63,591 bases of DNA, filler included, from Octopus bimaculoides (GCF_001194135.2; 10 parts of 9 records of this genome joined end to end with filler, not necessarily neighbours in it); one strand, 5' to 3'; shown: positions 50,275 to 63,591, numbered from the whole stretch's first letter. Notes: generated from the letters alone by a model not told the origin. Program-made: numbers and translations.

Positions 50275-50904
50275 NNNNNNNNNNNNNNNNNNNNNNNNNN
50301 NNNNNNNNNNNNNNNNNNTTAATTAATTAANNNNNNNNNNNNNNNNNNNNNNNNNNNNNNNNNNNNNNNNNNNNTCCCACCCCACCTCTACCCGCCCCCA
50401 TACTAATTCAATCCTTCCTTTATAGTCTTTGATAAACGGTGTGGCTGTTCCGAAGTCAATTTGGTTCCAATTAGAAGAACACGGTCACAACGACACAACA
50501 TACGGCCTCGAATACACACGTACACAAACACACACAGACGCATACGCAAGCTCATGTGCACACACACACAAACACACATTCATATATACACACGCACATA
50601 CACACACACACATACACAAGCACAGGTAAACACACATATACGCGCATACACACATACGCACACATGCACATACGGACACACACTCACACGCATATACACA
50701 CACATGCAAATGCACATGCACAAACGTACTACGCACGGGCGCACACATATATACATATCCGTACATACGCCTATCAGCGTATACATTCTCCTTGATATAA
50801 AAATGCGCACACAAACCACAACCCTGTAAAACGTATCTATCTATCTATTTATCTATTTATATCTCTCACTCTTTCTCTCCTTCTCTCTCTCTCTCTCGCT
50901 CTAC

Positions 50905-51035
50905 CAACCACATGGTTCCGGGTTCATTCCCACAGCGTGGCACATTGGGTAAGTGTCTTCTACTACAGTCACGGGTCGACCAAAACCTTGTGAGTGGATA
51001 TGGTAGACGGAAACTGAAAGAAGCTCGTCGTATAT
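50905..51035 (+). mobile_element. SINE family B 5' half
   Basis: CCAACCACATGGTTCCGGGTTCATTCCCACAGCGTGGCACATTGGGTAAGTGTCTTCTACTA...GGAAACTGAAAGAAGCTCGTCG. Confidence 0.8.
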
Positions 51036-51129
51036 ATATATGTATGTGTGTATGTGTGTGTGTGTGCGTGTGTGTATTTATGTGTGTGTGTCTTTGTGTC
51101 TGTATTTGTCCTCATCAGCTGGTTTTCCT

Positions 51130-51590
51130 GTTTTCCTAAAAAGGCTCAAAGGGCCGGTTTCCCGGTTTCAATGGTATATATTCCCCCACATGGACGGGAC
51201 ACCGGTCTGTCACATGATTACTCATTTTTGCCAGTTGATTGGGTTGCACAAATGTGAAATGAAGTGTTTTGCTCAGGAACACAACACATCGCCCGGTCCA
51301 GGAACCGTAAGTACAATATTACAATCATCGGTCCAACATCCCTAAACACTAAACCACTCGCCTCTAATATTGCATCGAATTGACCGAGAACAAAAGATTT
51401 CCCCTGAACGGAACACCATTCCTTTGTAAGATTACTCGCTCGTTCACGGCTTAGTGCACTGGAAAAACGCGAAAAGAAGTGTATTGCTCCAGAACACAAC
51501 GCAGCACTAGGGCTGTTCCTGCAATCAAAACTACGACCCTGCGATCGTAAGTACAACATCCTACCCAGAAGGCCATGCGCCTTTACATCT
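51130..51590 (-). mobile_element. Two family C-like SINE heads or bodies
   Basis: TGCTC(A/C)(G/A)GAACACAAC central block plus tRNA-like heads ending at ~51365 and ~51585. Confidence 0.6.
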
Positions 51591-52537
51591 TATTATTAAC
51601 AAACATACATTAAATCTATATATTCTTCGCCTCTCTATCTTTATTACAGTTATATTTTATGGCTTTATCACTTGATCAAGGAATTTATCTTTGCAAATAC
51701 ATTTCAAATCCAGAGTTAAAGTGATAATATATGTCCCTAAAAACAAGATTTTATCGCTAACGAACTCTTAGCGATAATCAAATACTTCGACTCAATTCAT
51801 AGCCACATATTACAATAACTTTGGTCTGTAATCCATCTTCTGCATATTATTTGTATTTTTATTACTTGTATTATTTCCATTCGTGTTTTATTTTGTTATT
51901 TCGCGTTATTTTATAATCATCTGATAAACATTTTTATTACGTATTTCAGTATACGAAATATAAAATGTGTGCTGATGGTATGTATGTATGTATGTGTGTA
52001 TGTATGTATGTATTATGCATGTATGTATGCATGTATGTATTATGTTTGTATGTATGTATGTAAGTATGTTAGTATGTATGTATGTATGCATATGTACGCA
52101 CTTATGTATGTATGCATACATGTAAGTATGCGTGTATGTACGTATGTATGTATGTTTGTATATGTGTATGTATGCATGTATGTATGTAAGTATGTATGTA
52201 TATGTGTGTATGTATGCATGTTATGTATGTATGCTTATATATTATACAAATACATGTATATATTCAATTGCGTATATATATCAATATATATATGTATATA
52301 TAAATATACATATACATATATTAATAGTTATCGCCAAGCCAACATGGCAGTCCCAAAATTAGGACGAGAGACTTAGAAATATTAATAACTCTACATATAC
52401 ATATATATATATATATATATGAATAAATATATATACATATATAAATATAAATAAACATATATATATATGTATATATAAATAAATAAATATATATATATAT
52501 ATATACATACATAGCTACATGTGTGTGTGTGTGTGTG

Positions 52538-52571
<34 letters not shown>

Positions 52572-55299
52572 ATTAACCTTAGTCTTCATGAATTTCTATG
52601 AAATTTAATATAAGAATAACACAAGCTATATTAAGTCAACATAAAACTATATAATTTTATGGCAGTTTGTTTTTAGAATAATTGTCATTCGCTATCTTGA
52701 GTCTTGATCTTATTTTATCATTCTCCTATATCGAACTGCTGGTTTATCTTTTTGACGTAAACGTTCATAACACGGCACACAAGCGCACAAGCAAGTATAC
52801 GACACGGCATATATGTGTATGTGTGTGTATGTGTTTGTTTATACAAACGTATGAATATATGCAAATGTCTATGCCTGCATCTATGTATCTATGATTGTAT
52901 GCTTGTATTATACATTTCATATGTATACATGTGTTATTCTATGTATGTATGCATATGTATATATGCCTGGATGGATGCGTATTTGCTTGTTTGTATGTAT
53001 GTATCCAGGACGGCCTTCTCTCAGACCTCTGACATCCAAGTACGAGACGTTCCAATAAAGAATTCTGGAATCATCTTTTTCTGTCTAGACAGCTTCTTGT
53101 CTGAAAATATGGTCTTCATTGTTGATAATATCCTGTACTATCGATTTACCTTCTGCTTCTAAATAAGATGGTCTGTACTGTGAGGTCTAAAACCTTCTAA
53201 AACAGTGTAACAACTTCGTCTCCAGATCCCAGCCGACCAGGTAATGCGTGCATCTCGTAGTCGCTGAAATTAGAAGTGAACGCTCGTGCTTCGGTAAGTT
53301 CTAGTCTAGTTGATGTCTTCTACATCTAGTGAAATGTGTCCGTTGAGCAACTGTATGTTTTAGTAGCACCCGCTTCAAAACTGGAAGCAACATTTACAGT
53401 AACAACAACCATTGCACCATGAACGAAAAGAACAGCAACAAAAATAACAACACGGACGCCGCCGGTAAGTGTCTGCTCATCATCAACAACATCAGAAAAT
53501 GTAGCTCCCTAAACAATAAAGTGAAAACGACAATGATCCCTAAGAACCNNNNNNNNNNNNNNNNNNNNNNACTACTTTTCTAATATAATAGTTAATCAGC
53601 CCGAGAAGGATGAAAAGAAAAAAAAACTATCTCAGTGAGATTTGAACTCAGAGCTCAAAGAAACAAAACAAATAATGCAAGACAATTTATCTCGATGCTC
53701 TACCGTTTCCACCAATCGATCACTTTATAAAATTACTTGTTTTTTATTTATTTCTCTTAATTCCTTTTTTTTTTTTTTAGATAATTTAAATAGTCTAGGA
53801 AATATTTTTTTCTCGACTATTTTAGAAACGAATTTGTATTTTTGTAGTTTGGAAAGAATGAAAAGAAATATTTTCCTAATTGAAAATAATCAATATCTAT
53901 TAAGAATCATATAGCTTTTAAAATAGTACTTAATGTCGGTTTTATATTTTTATCAATCCAATTTGTTATCGTATTGTTTCTACCTGTTTTCGTTTAATAT
54001 TTTATCCTTCATGAAATTAAAACTATAATTTCTTTTAAAATCTTCTTTAATTTATCATGAAGGATTTGACTGTGGATTTTGGTGTACTGAAACCAAATTT
54101 TTTTTATCCTTGGAGATTAACTTATCTAATATTTTAGTAACTACCTTGATATTTTTGATAATCCCTATATTCCACATTAGGGAAGCTGATTTTTAGTTGT
54201 TTCTTTCTTTTTTTTTTTGTTAATACTTTGTATTCTTCTATATTTTAAACTTTCCATTCCAATATATTTGTTATTAAATATTGCTAAAGGTTTGACGTTT
54301 ACCATGTTGTAGTCGATATTTACGAAACTTGTTTTAACTGGAATTTCATTCCTCTTTGGAATCCAGTAGATTTGGATTGCAAATAGAATTCTAAGAACTA
54401 AGAACTAAGAATTATTAAATAATATTGTTATCATTATTATCAAGTATTACCAAAAAATTATAAAGATTATTAAGTTAAATTAAGTATTAGAAGAATTAAA
54501 GTAATATTTCTCAAATAGCTAAGACGTATTACGTTAATTACAGATGAAGTTCGGGATAAATGTAATAGATGATGATAATAATGTTTTCCGATATTGGTAG
54601 AAGGCCCACAAATGTTGGCAGGGAAGGAGGGAGTGCAGTAGGGGTCAAGTCTTTTAGAATCAATCTCAGTAATTAATTGCTATTTATTTTATCAACGCAT
54701 GGGTGATGAAAGATACTTCTGTAGTTTATTTGTTTTATCATATTATTAACGGGATGAAATAAAATTTTGCTGTTGCAAGCGTTGTTGAACGTTGGAATAG
54801 AATGGCCGAATGGTGAAGAAGTTCTCTTCACAACTATGAAGTCCATGGTTCAATTTGACTGTATGACCTGTTGGATAAAAGTCCTTTTCTATTGCCTTGA
54901 GTCGACCCATACTTTGCTTGCAAAATTGGGACTGGTAAAATCCGTCGGGTGGATTACATCTTTCACGCCGAGCCTCCATGAGAATTACGTTTAACGGTAC
55001 ACGTGACGGTTAAATGCTCAATAACTTATACCTCAATTCAGGAGCAGACAACTGAATTGGTCGAATAACCGAATCCTCTTCATTGAAAGTAACCCCTCTC
55101 CAGCCTCCCCGAAAAAGCTTTTCACGAAAAAACCCGGTAGAATCGTAATAAAAACAATCGAAAATGTATTTTTAGAATATGTCATTGAAAGTATCCATTT
55201 TTCAGAAAGTTATGAGGAAACAAATTCACTGGAGTTGTATTCTATAGTTATGTCCAATTGATGCGAGTACATTAAAACACTGTTACTATGGTTATGTTG

Positions 55300-55450
55300 C
55301 CGTCAGCTAGCGGTTCAGCAAAATAAATGATGAAATACGCACCTGACTTAAAATATGATTTCGAGGTTCGATTTATTTTTTAGTAAACATTTCAAGATGG
55401 TGCCCCAGCATGGCCGCAACCTAGTCACTGAAACAAGTAAAAAATAAAAG
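55300..55450 (+). mobile_element. SINE family B tail
   Basis: CTAGCGGTTCAGCAAAA...GGTGCCCCAGCATGGCCGCAACC..CACTGAAACAAGTAAAA. Confidence 0.7.
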
Positions 55451-55541
55451 ACATGTGTGCATGTGTGTGTGGGTGGGTGTGTGTGTACAGGAACATGCAC
55501 ATCGGGATATAAAGGTGTGTATATGACATTATTAACGCATG

Positions 55542-55573
<32 letters not shown>

Positions 55574-55972
55574 TGCAACAATGATGGATGCTGCTTGTGC
55601 CGGTGCGTGTTGCGTATGTGAAGGCATATCTGCATACGTGTGCACCTTTGTGTATCTGATTATAATTGCCTGTGTGTATGTGTGTGCGTGTGAGTATGTG
55701 TGTGCGTACGTATCTCTGGCAAAACGTTGCATTTCCAATTATATCCAACGTTTGAGTATCCTCAACCGCAAAACACCCTCTCCTCTCTTCCGCCATAGTT
55801 TTTTCTTTCTTCCGATTCACCCTCTCCCCTCCATTTCTCTTTACTCTCCTAATTTAATTATTATTTATTTTTGTTTTTCTATATGCTTCTGAATTTCACT
55901 TATTTTAAATTAATATTCTTCTTTTCTCCCCGTAAGTACACACACACATGCAAATATATATACATATACATA

Positions 55973-56027
<55 letters not shown>

Positions 56028-56436
56028 AGGTGCATATATAAATATATATATATATACATACATACATATATATATATATGTATGTATGTATAAATATAGA
56101 TAGATAGATAGATGGATTGATATATGTATATATATGTGTGGGTATGTGGGTGTGTGTACAGATATGCATATGTAAATGGCTATTCATATTTACATTATAA
56201 GCGCATGTGTTTTTAATTATCTTAATTAATTAAAATCTCATTAATAAAGTAGAAATTGGATGAGTGATCAGTAATTAAGAGTAACTAGTGTTCACTGCAC
56301 ATGTAGCTTTACATGGCATATGAAGATAATATATGTGCATTGCGGTGTATATACGTACAAACACACATACACACACACACACGCATATATAAATACACAG
56401 ACAAACAGACACACCGACACAGACACAGACACACAT

Positions 56437-56478
<42 letters not shown>

Positions 56479-56534
56479 GTATATATACATACATATATAT
56501 ATTCTTATACCTTCTGGCTTGTAGAAACACACAC

Positions 56535-56576
<42 letters not shown>

Positions 56577-57801
56577 CTCAGACATAACTATGGATCTCTG
56601 TGTATACAGACGCAAACGTTTGCACCAATATGAACATTCATATATATGTATGTATATNNNNNNNNNNNNNNNNNNNNNNNNNNNNNNNNNNNNNNNNNNN
56701 NNNNNNNNNNATATATATATATATATATATATACACGTGTGCATTTCAGATGTGCATGCAAATATATGTATATATGTTTGTATATACCTTTATGCATGCA
56801 AAGACATACACACTTATTATTATATAATGATTCATTTTCTTAATGCACTATGAAATTTAAGAAGTAGCTATGTAAATGTATAGACAAATATATATGCATT
56901 TCCTGGGTTGATTCTCGTGGCGGGTCTTCCAGGTCGCTCATCGACTTCCGTGGAAGTTCTTCTTTTGAAGAGCCCGTGCCACACGAAACATTGCGTACGA
57001 CCCATTTCTCACCACACATACAAACACACATATCTATATATATAGATTCATGCCCCCCCCCACACACACACACGCACATATAGATCTGATGCCAACTTGT
57101 GTTGATATAACCGTCAAAATGCTAGCTAAGGCTCTAGAAATTCATTGTTACATTTCATTAGCAATGGAGAGCAATCAACAACACGTACGAGATTGTACTC
57201 AGAAGTGGAGTTGATGAGAATCAGTGGAAATATATCTAACCATGACAATCCAGTTGATAGAATAGATCTGCTACAGAAAAATTCATGAGAATGTGTATTA
57301 CGAACTGTCACTGGCTTCTTTGAAATTCGGAGCAACGTTTTGCTAGAGAGTCGATAGTCAGAGAAGGTTGCCAAAATCAGCAGAAGACCTTTGACAGACA
57401 GAGCAAAAGAATCGGATATTTAATAAACGAGTGGAATTGAACCACTCTTCCTAGACACAGCAAAATTTGTTTCAACACAGAAATTCACATAAGAGATCCT
57501 ACAAACCAGATACAAAAGCGAAACGATCCCACACTGCTATTCTATAAATATTTGGTACCGATCGTAGAATATTAACCGCTTCTTCATTTGTTTTATGATA
57601 CCTAGTCAACAAGCTCTCTCTCTCTCTCTCTCTCATTCTCTTTCTCTCTATTTCACTCCCTCTCTATCTCTTTCTCTCTATATATATAAGCATATATTCA
57701 TGTGTGTATGTGTGTATGCGTGTGTGTGTGTGCATGTATATGTATATGTATATTCGCACACATATATATGTGTATACATACGTATACACACACACACACA
57801 T

Positions 57802-57873
<72 letters not shown>

Positions 57874-58202
57874 GTATGTATACATTCATACAAATAATGG
57901 GATAATTGAGTAATANNNNNNNNNNNNNNNNNNNNNNNNNNNNNNNNNNNNNNNNNNNNNNNNNNNNNNNNNNNNNNNNNNNNNNNNNNNNNNNNNNNNN
58001 NNNNNNNNNNNNNNNNNNNNNNNNNNNNNNNNNNNNNNNNNNNNNNNNNNNNNNNNNNNNNNNNNNNNNNNNNNNNNNNNNNNNNNNNNNNNNNNNNNNN
58101 NNNNNNNNNNNNNNNNNNNNNNNNTATATAAAGAGGTGAAGATCAAACAATATTGTTTCAAGCGGAATCATTACTTTTGTTTGTTTTTACCATTATAGCT
58201 GA

Positions 58203-58251
<49 letters not shown>

Positions 58252-58759
58252 GTTATTGCTACTACTACTGTTATTGCTGCTACTGTGCATTGCAGTAATG
58301 AGATAGTCCACCGTACCCTGTCATGGTTATATAGTTTCCTGAAACATTATGGAACTGCCAATATCCTAATCAATACCATTGAATACTTAATATCATCCAC
58401 TATTTGATATCGTTTGGATATCAAATATCACATCAGCCTTTTATTTATTTACAAATACATCAGATGAAAAAAATCGATTCATCGATCATGATCGTTGATT
58501 ATTCAAATATTTTTTGAATATTTCAATATTTCGTATAATTTTTTGTGACATCCATGAATATTTTGCATCAAAAATTGTATATCTTAATACCGTGGCGTTA
58601 AGTGCTTTGACAACATGGCTTCTCAGCGATACGGTTTCGATAGTTCAGTCGTAGTATCGTCAGAGATCCACAGAAGAAAACCTTGCAGTATTCCTTCTTC
58701 GTGGTTTTTACAGATCTGTGTTACATATGCTATTGAGGTCACGTTGCTCATCAGATAAT

Positions 58760-59062
58760 CAGAAAATGGAGAAAATTTTAGATCAACAGCCAAACAAATT
58801 GGACCATATCTGTAGATTACTTTTTAATACAAAACATCACGTAACATTTCTGTAACAACTTTTTACGGCCGTTTCAGCTACCAATGTCATTCGGTGCCTA
58901 CGAAAGAATTACGCAAAGAATATTGGTCATCTTCATAGGATATTCGATCTAGTGAATGGAGCTTCAACAGAGTGAATACAAAAGCTCTTCGTCGGAAATG
59001 TAGGAAAGTCCAAAGAGGGGACGACGGAGGAAGAAAAAATCGACAACGATATACACGAGGTT

Positions 59063-59072
<10 letters not shown>
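58760..59072 (-). mobile_element. Fusion of two short HHR-bearing repeat families (homologues of 37050-37115 and 39100-39330)
   Basis: The minus strand reads ...TAACCTCGTG...TTTCCGACGAAGAGC|TTTTGTATTCACTCTGTTGAAGCTCCATTCACTAGATCGAATATCC. Confidence 0.65.
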
Positions 59073-59104
<32 letters not shown>

Positions 59105-59465
59105 NNNNNNNNNNNNNNNNNNNNNNNNNNNNNNNNNNNNNNNNNNNNNNNNNNNNNNNNNNNNNNNNNNNNNNNNNNNNNNNNNNNNNNNNNNNNNNNN
59201 NNNNNNNNNNNNNNNNNNNNNNNNNNNNNNNNNNNNNNNNNNNNNNNNNNNNNNNNNNNNNNNNNNNNNNNNNNNNNNNNNNNNNNNNNNNNNNNNNNNN
59301 NNNNNNNNTGTGTATGTATGTATGTATGAATGTATATGCGTAAGTATTTCACGCCTTATTAGGCGTTCAGATGTAAATAAATAATGCAACCAATATACCA
59401 GGCACATACACCACATATACACACGCACATACACATATACACACAGGCTCACAAGCACACACACG

Positions 59466-59552
<87 letters not shown>

Positions 59553-60057
59553 ACTTACACACACATACAAGCAATTGCTTAGTACAACAGTGACATATGT
59601 ATGAAGACGTAAGTCAGGATTTGGCATTGTAGTCATTCTTAGATTGTTATTGTTGATGTTGCTAAGGAGAAGGTATGACGGTATGGTAGAATGGTGATAG
59701 CATTAGCTGATGGTGTGTAGGTGGTTCTGGTGGTGGTGGTGACGGCAAATGGTGGCGCGGTGGTAAAAAAAAATATGGCCGCTCTGACAGTGATGGTATA
59801 TGGCATGTAAATGGTGATCCGGTTAGAAGTGGTGGTGGTGGTGGTTGTGGTAATATGGGGGATGGTGGCGGTTGTGGTCGTGGTGTTTCCCTGTTTGTTG
59901 AATGTTATCATATAACGAACAATTAAAGCCGGAATATTCATTCAATATCACGTATAAACACACTCGTAAATATATAGAGGCACACGTGGGTATATACGTG
60001 TGTGTGTGTATGAGTGTGTGTTTCTGTATATGTGTGTGTACGCATGTGTACATATGC

Positions 60058-60118
<61 letters not shown>

Positions 60119-60218
60119 CGTGCGTGCGTGTGTGTGTGTGTGTGCACATATATACTTATATAATAAATATATGGATATATGTATGCATACAAATATATAT
60201 ATATGTGTGTACGTGTGA

Positions 60219-60254
<36 letters not shown>

Positions 60255-60293
60255 GTATGTACACACACATACAAGCACACACATATATATAGG

Positions 60294-60350
<57 letters not shown>

Positions 60351-60584
60351 GTTTGAGTTCATCCACGTATATATATATATGTGTGTATGTATGTGCGCAT
60401 CTATATGTAAATGCCATACATGTTTGAACATGTGTGCGTGTGTATGTCCATGCGGTGCGCATTAAACTGTTTCTTTTAGGCATCTTCTTCTACAGTGCGT
60501 GTATGTGCTCGTGTATTTACGTTTACACGTGTGTGTGTGAATGTGTGTGCGTGTATGTGAATGTATATATAGCGGTTCGCGCTA

Positions 60585-60670
60585 TAGTAGATGGCACTTG
60601 CCTAAGGTGCCACGAATGTGGATTGAACCCGGAAGTATGCGGTTGTAAAGCAAGCTACTTGCCACATGTA
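60585..60670 (-). mobile_element. SINE family B head fragment
   Basis: The reverse strand reads GTGGCAAGTAGCTTGCTT..CAACCGCATACTTCCGGGTTCAATCC..GTGGCACCTTAGGCAAGTGCCATCTACTATAGC. Confidence 0.7.
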
Positions 60671-61899
60671 TATACAACTATATAGACGTAATGCTTAGGT
60701 ACACACACGCTCACATGCAGACACACAAATATACAGATATGTATAAACGCTCATAAACGCAGATGCATATCTATATATCCTATATTCAGAGGTACCTCTC
60801 ACTTTCTCTGTATAATATACATGAATATATGTTTGTATATGTCCGTACGGTAGCGTATATATATATATATATATNNNNNNNNNNNNNNNNNNNNNNNNNN
60901 NNNNNNNNNNNNNNNNNNTTAATTAATTAANNNNNNNNNNNNNNNNNNNNNNNNNNNNNNNNNNNNNNNNNNNNTATATATATATATATATATATATATT
61001 ATTCATATAAATACAGTGTACATTTAAACACATAAGAGGCATCCATCATAGGATTCCTTGAACGCTAGAAAGAACAGTTAAATACCAAACCACTATTAGG
61101 GATAAAACTTCGAAGGGAATGAAAAATAAAAACATTTACCGTCTAACTCCTAGACCAATCGTTTCAGACTTATTTTAGCAAATAAAATAATTTGCTAGGC
61201 GAAGTCTTCTTCAGCAGGTACACTTGTTAGATTAAACATGTATACACGAGGCAATCCTGTATATGCTTATATATTCATGCTTATACATGTTTATACAGTC
61301 ATGCTTATACGTTCTAATTTTTCATGCCAACGCATGAAACTCTCAGCCTTTGAGTCACTCTGTTGCTTCTACTCAATATTAATAAGAATATACACATACT
61401 CATATTTTGAATTCTATTTTTCCTGTTTGCATCATCTAACCTTTAATATACATACATACATACATACATACATACATACATACATACATACATACATACA
61501 TACATACGTACGTACGTACGTATGTACATACATATGTACGTACGGGGTGGAAATCTGAGAACGTCGAACTGGATGCCTTACCAGATTAGTTACTGTTCTT
61601 TGTGTTCTGAGTTCGAATCCCACCGTGGCTTACTTGGTTAGGAGAATTAATACTTTTCCCATTTTAACACCTGCTATTAAGTACCTTGTACTCCTTCAGT
61701 GAAGTACAGATTGACGAGGGCAATCAGTCCAGGCCCCTGGCTTGACTCTGATCTCCTATCTTCCTTCCTACACCCCTCCCTTCCTCCAGCCTGCCTCAGG
61801 GACCCCGTAAAGCAGCGTTTCTCAACCATTTCTTTTACCTATGGACCCCTTTGATTTCTGTTTTACTCAACAAAATCTTTTGTGGATCCCTGACTGTCA

Positions 61900-62193
61900 C
61901 CAACAGCACCACTACCACCACGACAACAACAACAAACACGATCACCACTGCCACCACCACCACAACCAACACCATCACCAATACCATCACTACCCCTACC
62001 ACTGCCACTGCCACTACCACCACAGCCAATACTATCACCACCACCACTACCACCATCACCACCACCACCACTACCACTACCACCACAACCAACACCATCA
62101 CCACCACAACCAACACTATTACCACCACCACCACCACCACTAGTAGTTGTGGTGGTAGTGGTGATGGTGGTAGTGGTGGTCGTCGTCGTGGAA

Positions 62194-62237
<44 letters not shown>

Positions 62238-62340
62238 TGGAGGAGGAGGAGGAGGAGGACAGCAGTAGCTGCAGTAATGGTGGTAGCAGTAGCAGTAATA
62301 GTAATGATGATAGTAGCTGTAATAGTAGTGGTGGTAGTGG
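61900..62340. repeat. (ACC)n-rich tract followed by inverted (GGT)n/(AGT)n/(GGA)n tracts
   Basis: Read directly; it explains the poly-Thr/His/Val ORFs. Confidence 0.85.
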
Positions 62341-62575
62341 TTACAGGATGATAATCGAGGCGGGGACGGTGTTGGTNNNNNNNNNNNNNNNNNNNNNNNN
62401 NNNNNNNNNNNNNNNNNNNNTTAATTAATTAANNNNNNNNNNNNNNNNNNNNNNNNNNNNNNNNNNNNNNNNNNNNACATATTGTAAGAGGCTCCCTGTA
62501 ATAACAGTGTAGCAACACGGTGGTGCATCAGCATGGCCGCAGCTCTGAGCTGAAACTTTGAAATGAAATGAAATG

Positions 62576-62607
<32 letters not shown>

Positions 62608-62610
<3 letters not shown>

Positions 62611-62923
62611 CCCCTCTGGTCAGAAATGACTATGGGATTACACCTAGAAAGTTCCCTTCCGAGGCAAAATTCAGGGCGAGGTTGTTTATGGAAGACCAAC
62701 AGTCGCCCATGCATACCAGTCTCCACTCTCCACGCCACAAATGTTATCGAAGGGAAAGGCATAGGCCGATGCAACTTGGCACCAGTGACATCACAATTCA
62801 TGAACTGGAACAATGTGGAATAAAGTGTCTTGCTCAAGAAAAATAACACACAGACTGGTCTGAGAATTGAACTTATTACCTTATGACTGTGAGCCCATCG
62901 ATCTAACCACTGCGTCATGCGCC

Positions 62924-62928
<5 letters not shown>
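62608..62928 (-). mobile_element. tRNA-derived SINE (family C head with a distinct body), flanked by (TA)n and (CA)n
   Basis: The reverse strand reads GAAGGCGCATGACGCAGTGGTTAGATCGATGGGCTCACAGTCATAAGGTAATAAGTTCAATTCTC...TTCTTGAGCAAGACACTTTATTCCAC. Confidence 0.8.
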
Positions 62929-63016
<88 letters not shown>

Positions 63017-63400
63017 GTATATCGCAAACAGTGAACAGCACATGTACTGATTAAGAAAAGCTGCAGGGATTAAATTCGTCACACGCAATTGAAACAGCAT
63101 TAAATAATAAACGCCGTCTGCATTAATTAGTGAATATACCATGATTACGGAATTGGCATGTCATGTGACCACAGGATACACACCAATGACGAGTACAAAC
63201 GAAAACGAAACGCGAGAATCAGCCAGGACAACGATTGTCTCGCTCCGATATATTGCATCTTTAAAGAAACATGTCTATGAATGGATTGTCTCTCAGACAA
63301 AGCTCTCAGTTTCATGCCTGTCAATGAGGTATATACATTAGAATGATGCACAGATGGCGTTTATATTTTAATAATGCTTCAATTACATACAAAGAACTGT

Positions 63401-63445
<45 letters not shown>

Positions 63446-63591
63446 AGTGAGAAAGATAATGATTGCTGGTAAACTTTAAATATGTTTTTCAGCAATCAAC
63501 GAAATAATGTATACTTGTATATGTACGTACATACATACTTACATAAATATTTATATATATATACGTAAATATATATGTTTATATATATATA

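Noticed and set aside
53950-54400. Lys-rich open frame on the minus strand (IYWIPKRNEIP...)
   Set aside because: Open frames arise easily in A-rich strands, and there is no diagnostic motif. It might be a PLE N-terminus, but that is unsupported.
57126-57420. 82 aa minus-strand ORF and partly open plus-strand frames
   Set aside because: No motif, splice signals or homologue within the window.
58635-58665. CTGACGA...GAAAC on the minus strand
   Set aside because: The closing pair of stem II is mismatched and there is no stem I; too weak to call.
11558-62432. Nine identical TTAATTAATTAA palindromes that look like a regularly spaced biological motif
   Set aside because: Each is centred in a ~100-nt N block; this is a six-frame stop spacer added during assembly.
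154-63351. Most supplied ORFs (CVCV, HTHT, YIYI, poly-T/I/L/V/S, X-rich)
   Set aside because: They are translations of microsatellites or N gaps and show no domain signal.

Overview
This is an AT-rich, microsatellite-dense, gap-ridden eukaryotic scaffold segment. The repeat families resemble those of an octopod cephalopod; that assignment is an inference from the tRNA-derived SINE families and RTE tails, not a database match. I see no intact host gene, rRNA, true tRNA or CRISPR array, and nearly all supplied ORFs are translations of simple repeats or N runs. Supportable content: (1) at least four decayed Penelope-like elements (PLEs; RT and/or GIY-YIG motifs at ~1.75-2.83, 10.2-10.7, 25.4-26.35 and 41.0-42.4 kb); (2) RTE-clade LINE fragments and several copies of their 3' UTR; (3) a mariner transposase C-terminal fragment; (4) about 20 tRNA-derived SINE copies or fragments in roughly three families; (5) nine TTAATTAATTAA gap spacers, which are assembly artefacts. 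The most interesting layer is a set of short non-coding elements that each carry a minimal type-I hammerhead-ribozyme (HHR)-like motif of the PLE type. One shows a repeated CCGACGA core variant, one is fused to an antisense tRNA-like module, and one is nested inside another HHR. There are also many long inverted repeats, including a 1.8 kb PLE palindrome. Three unexplained coding-like segments (7.4-7.8, 22.3-23.0 and 53.0-53.5 kb, all minus strand) remain unidentified. All alignments and translations were done by eye, so boundaries are approximate.
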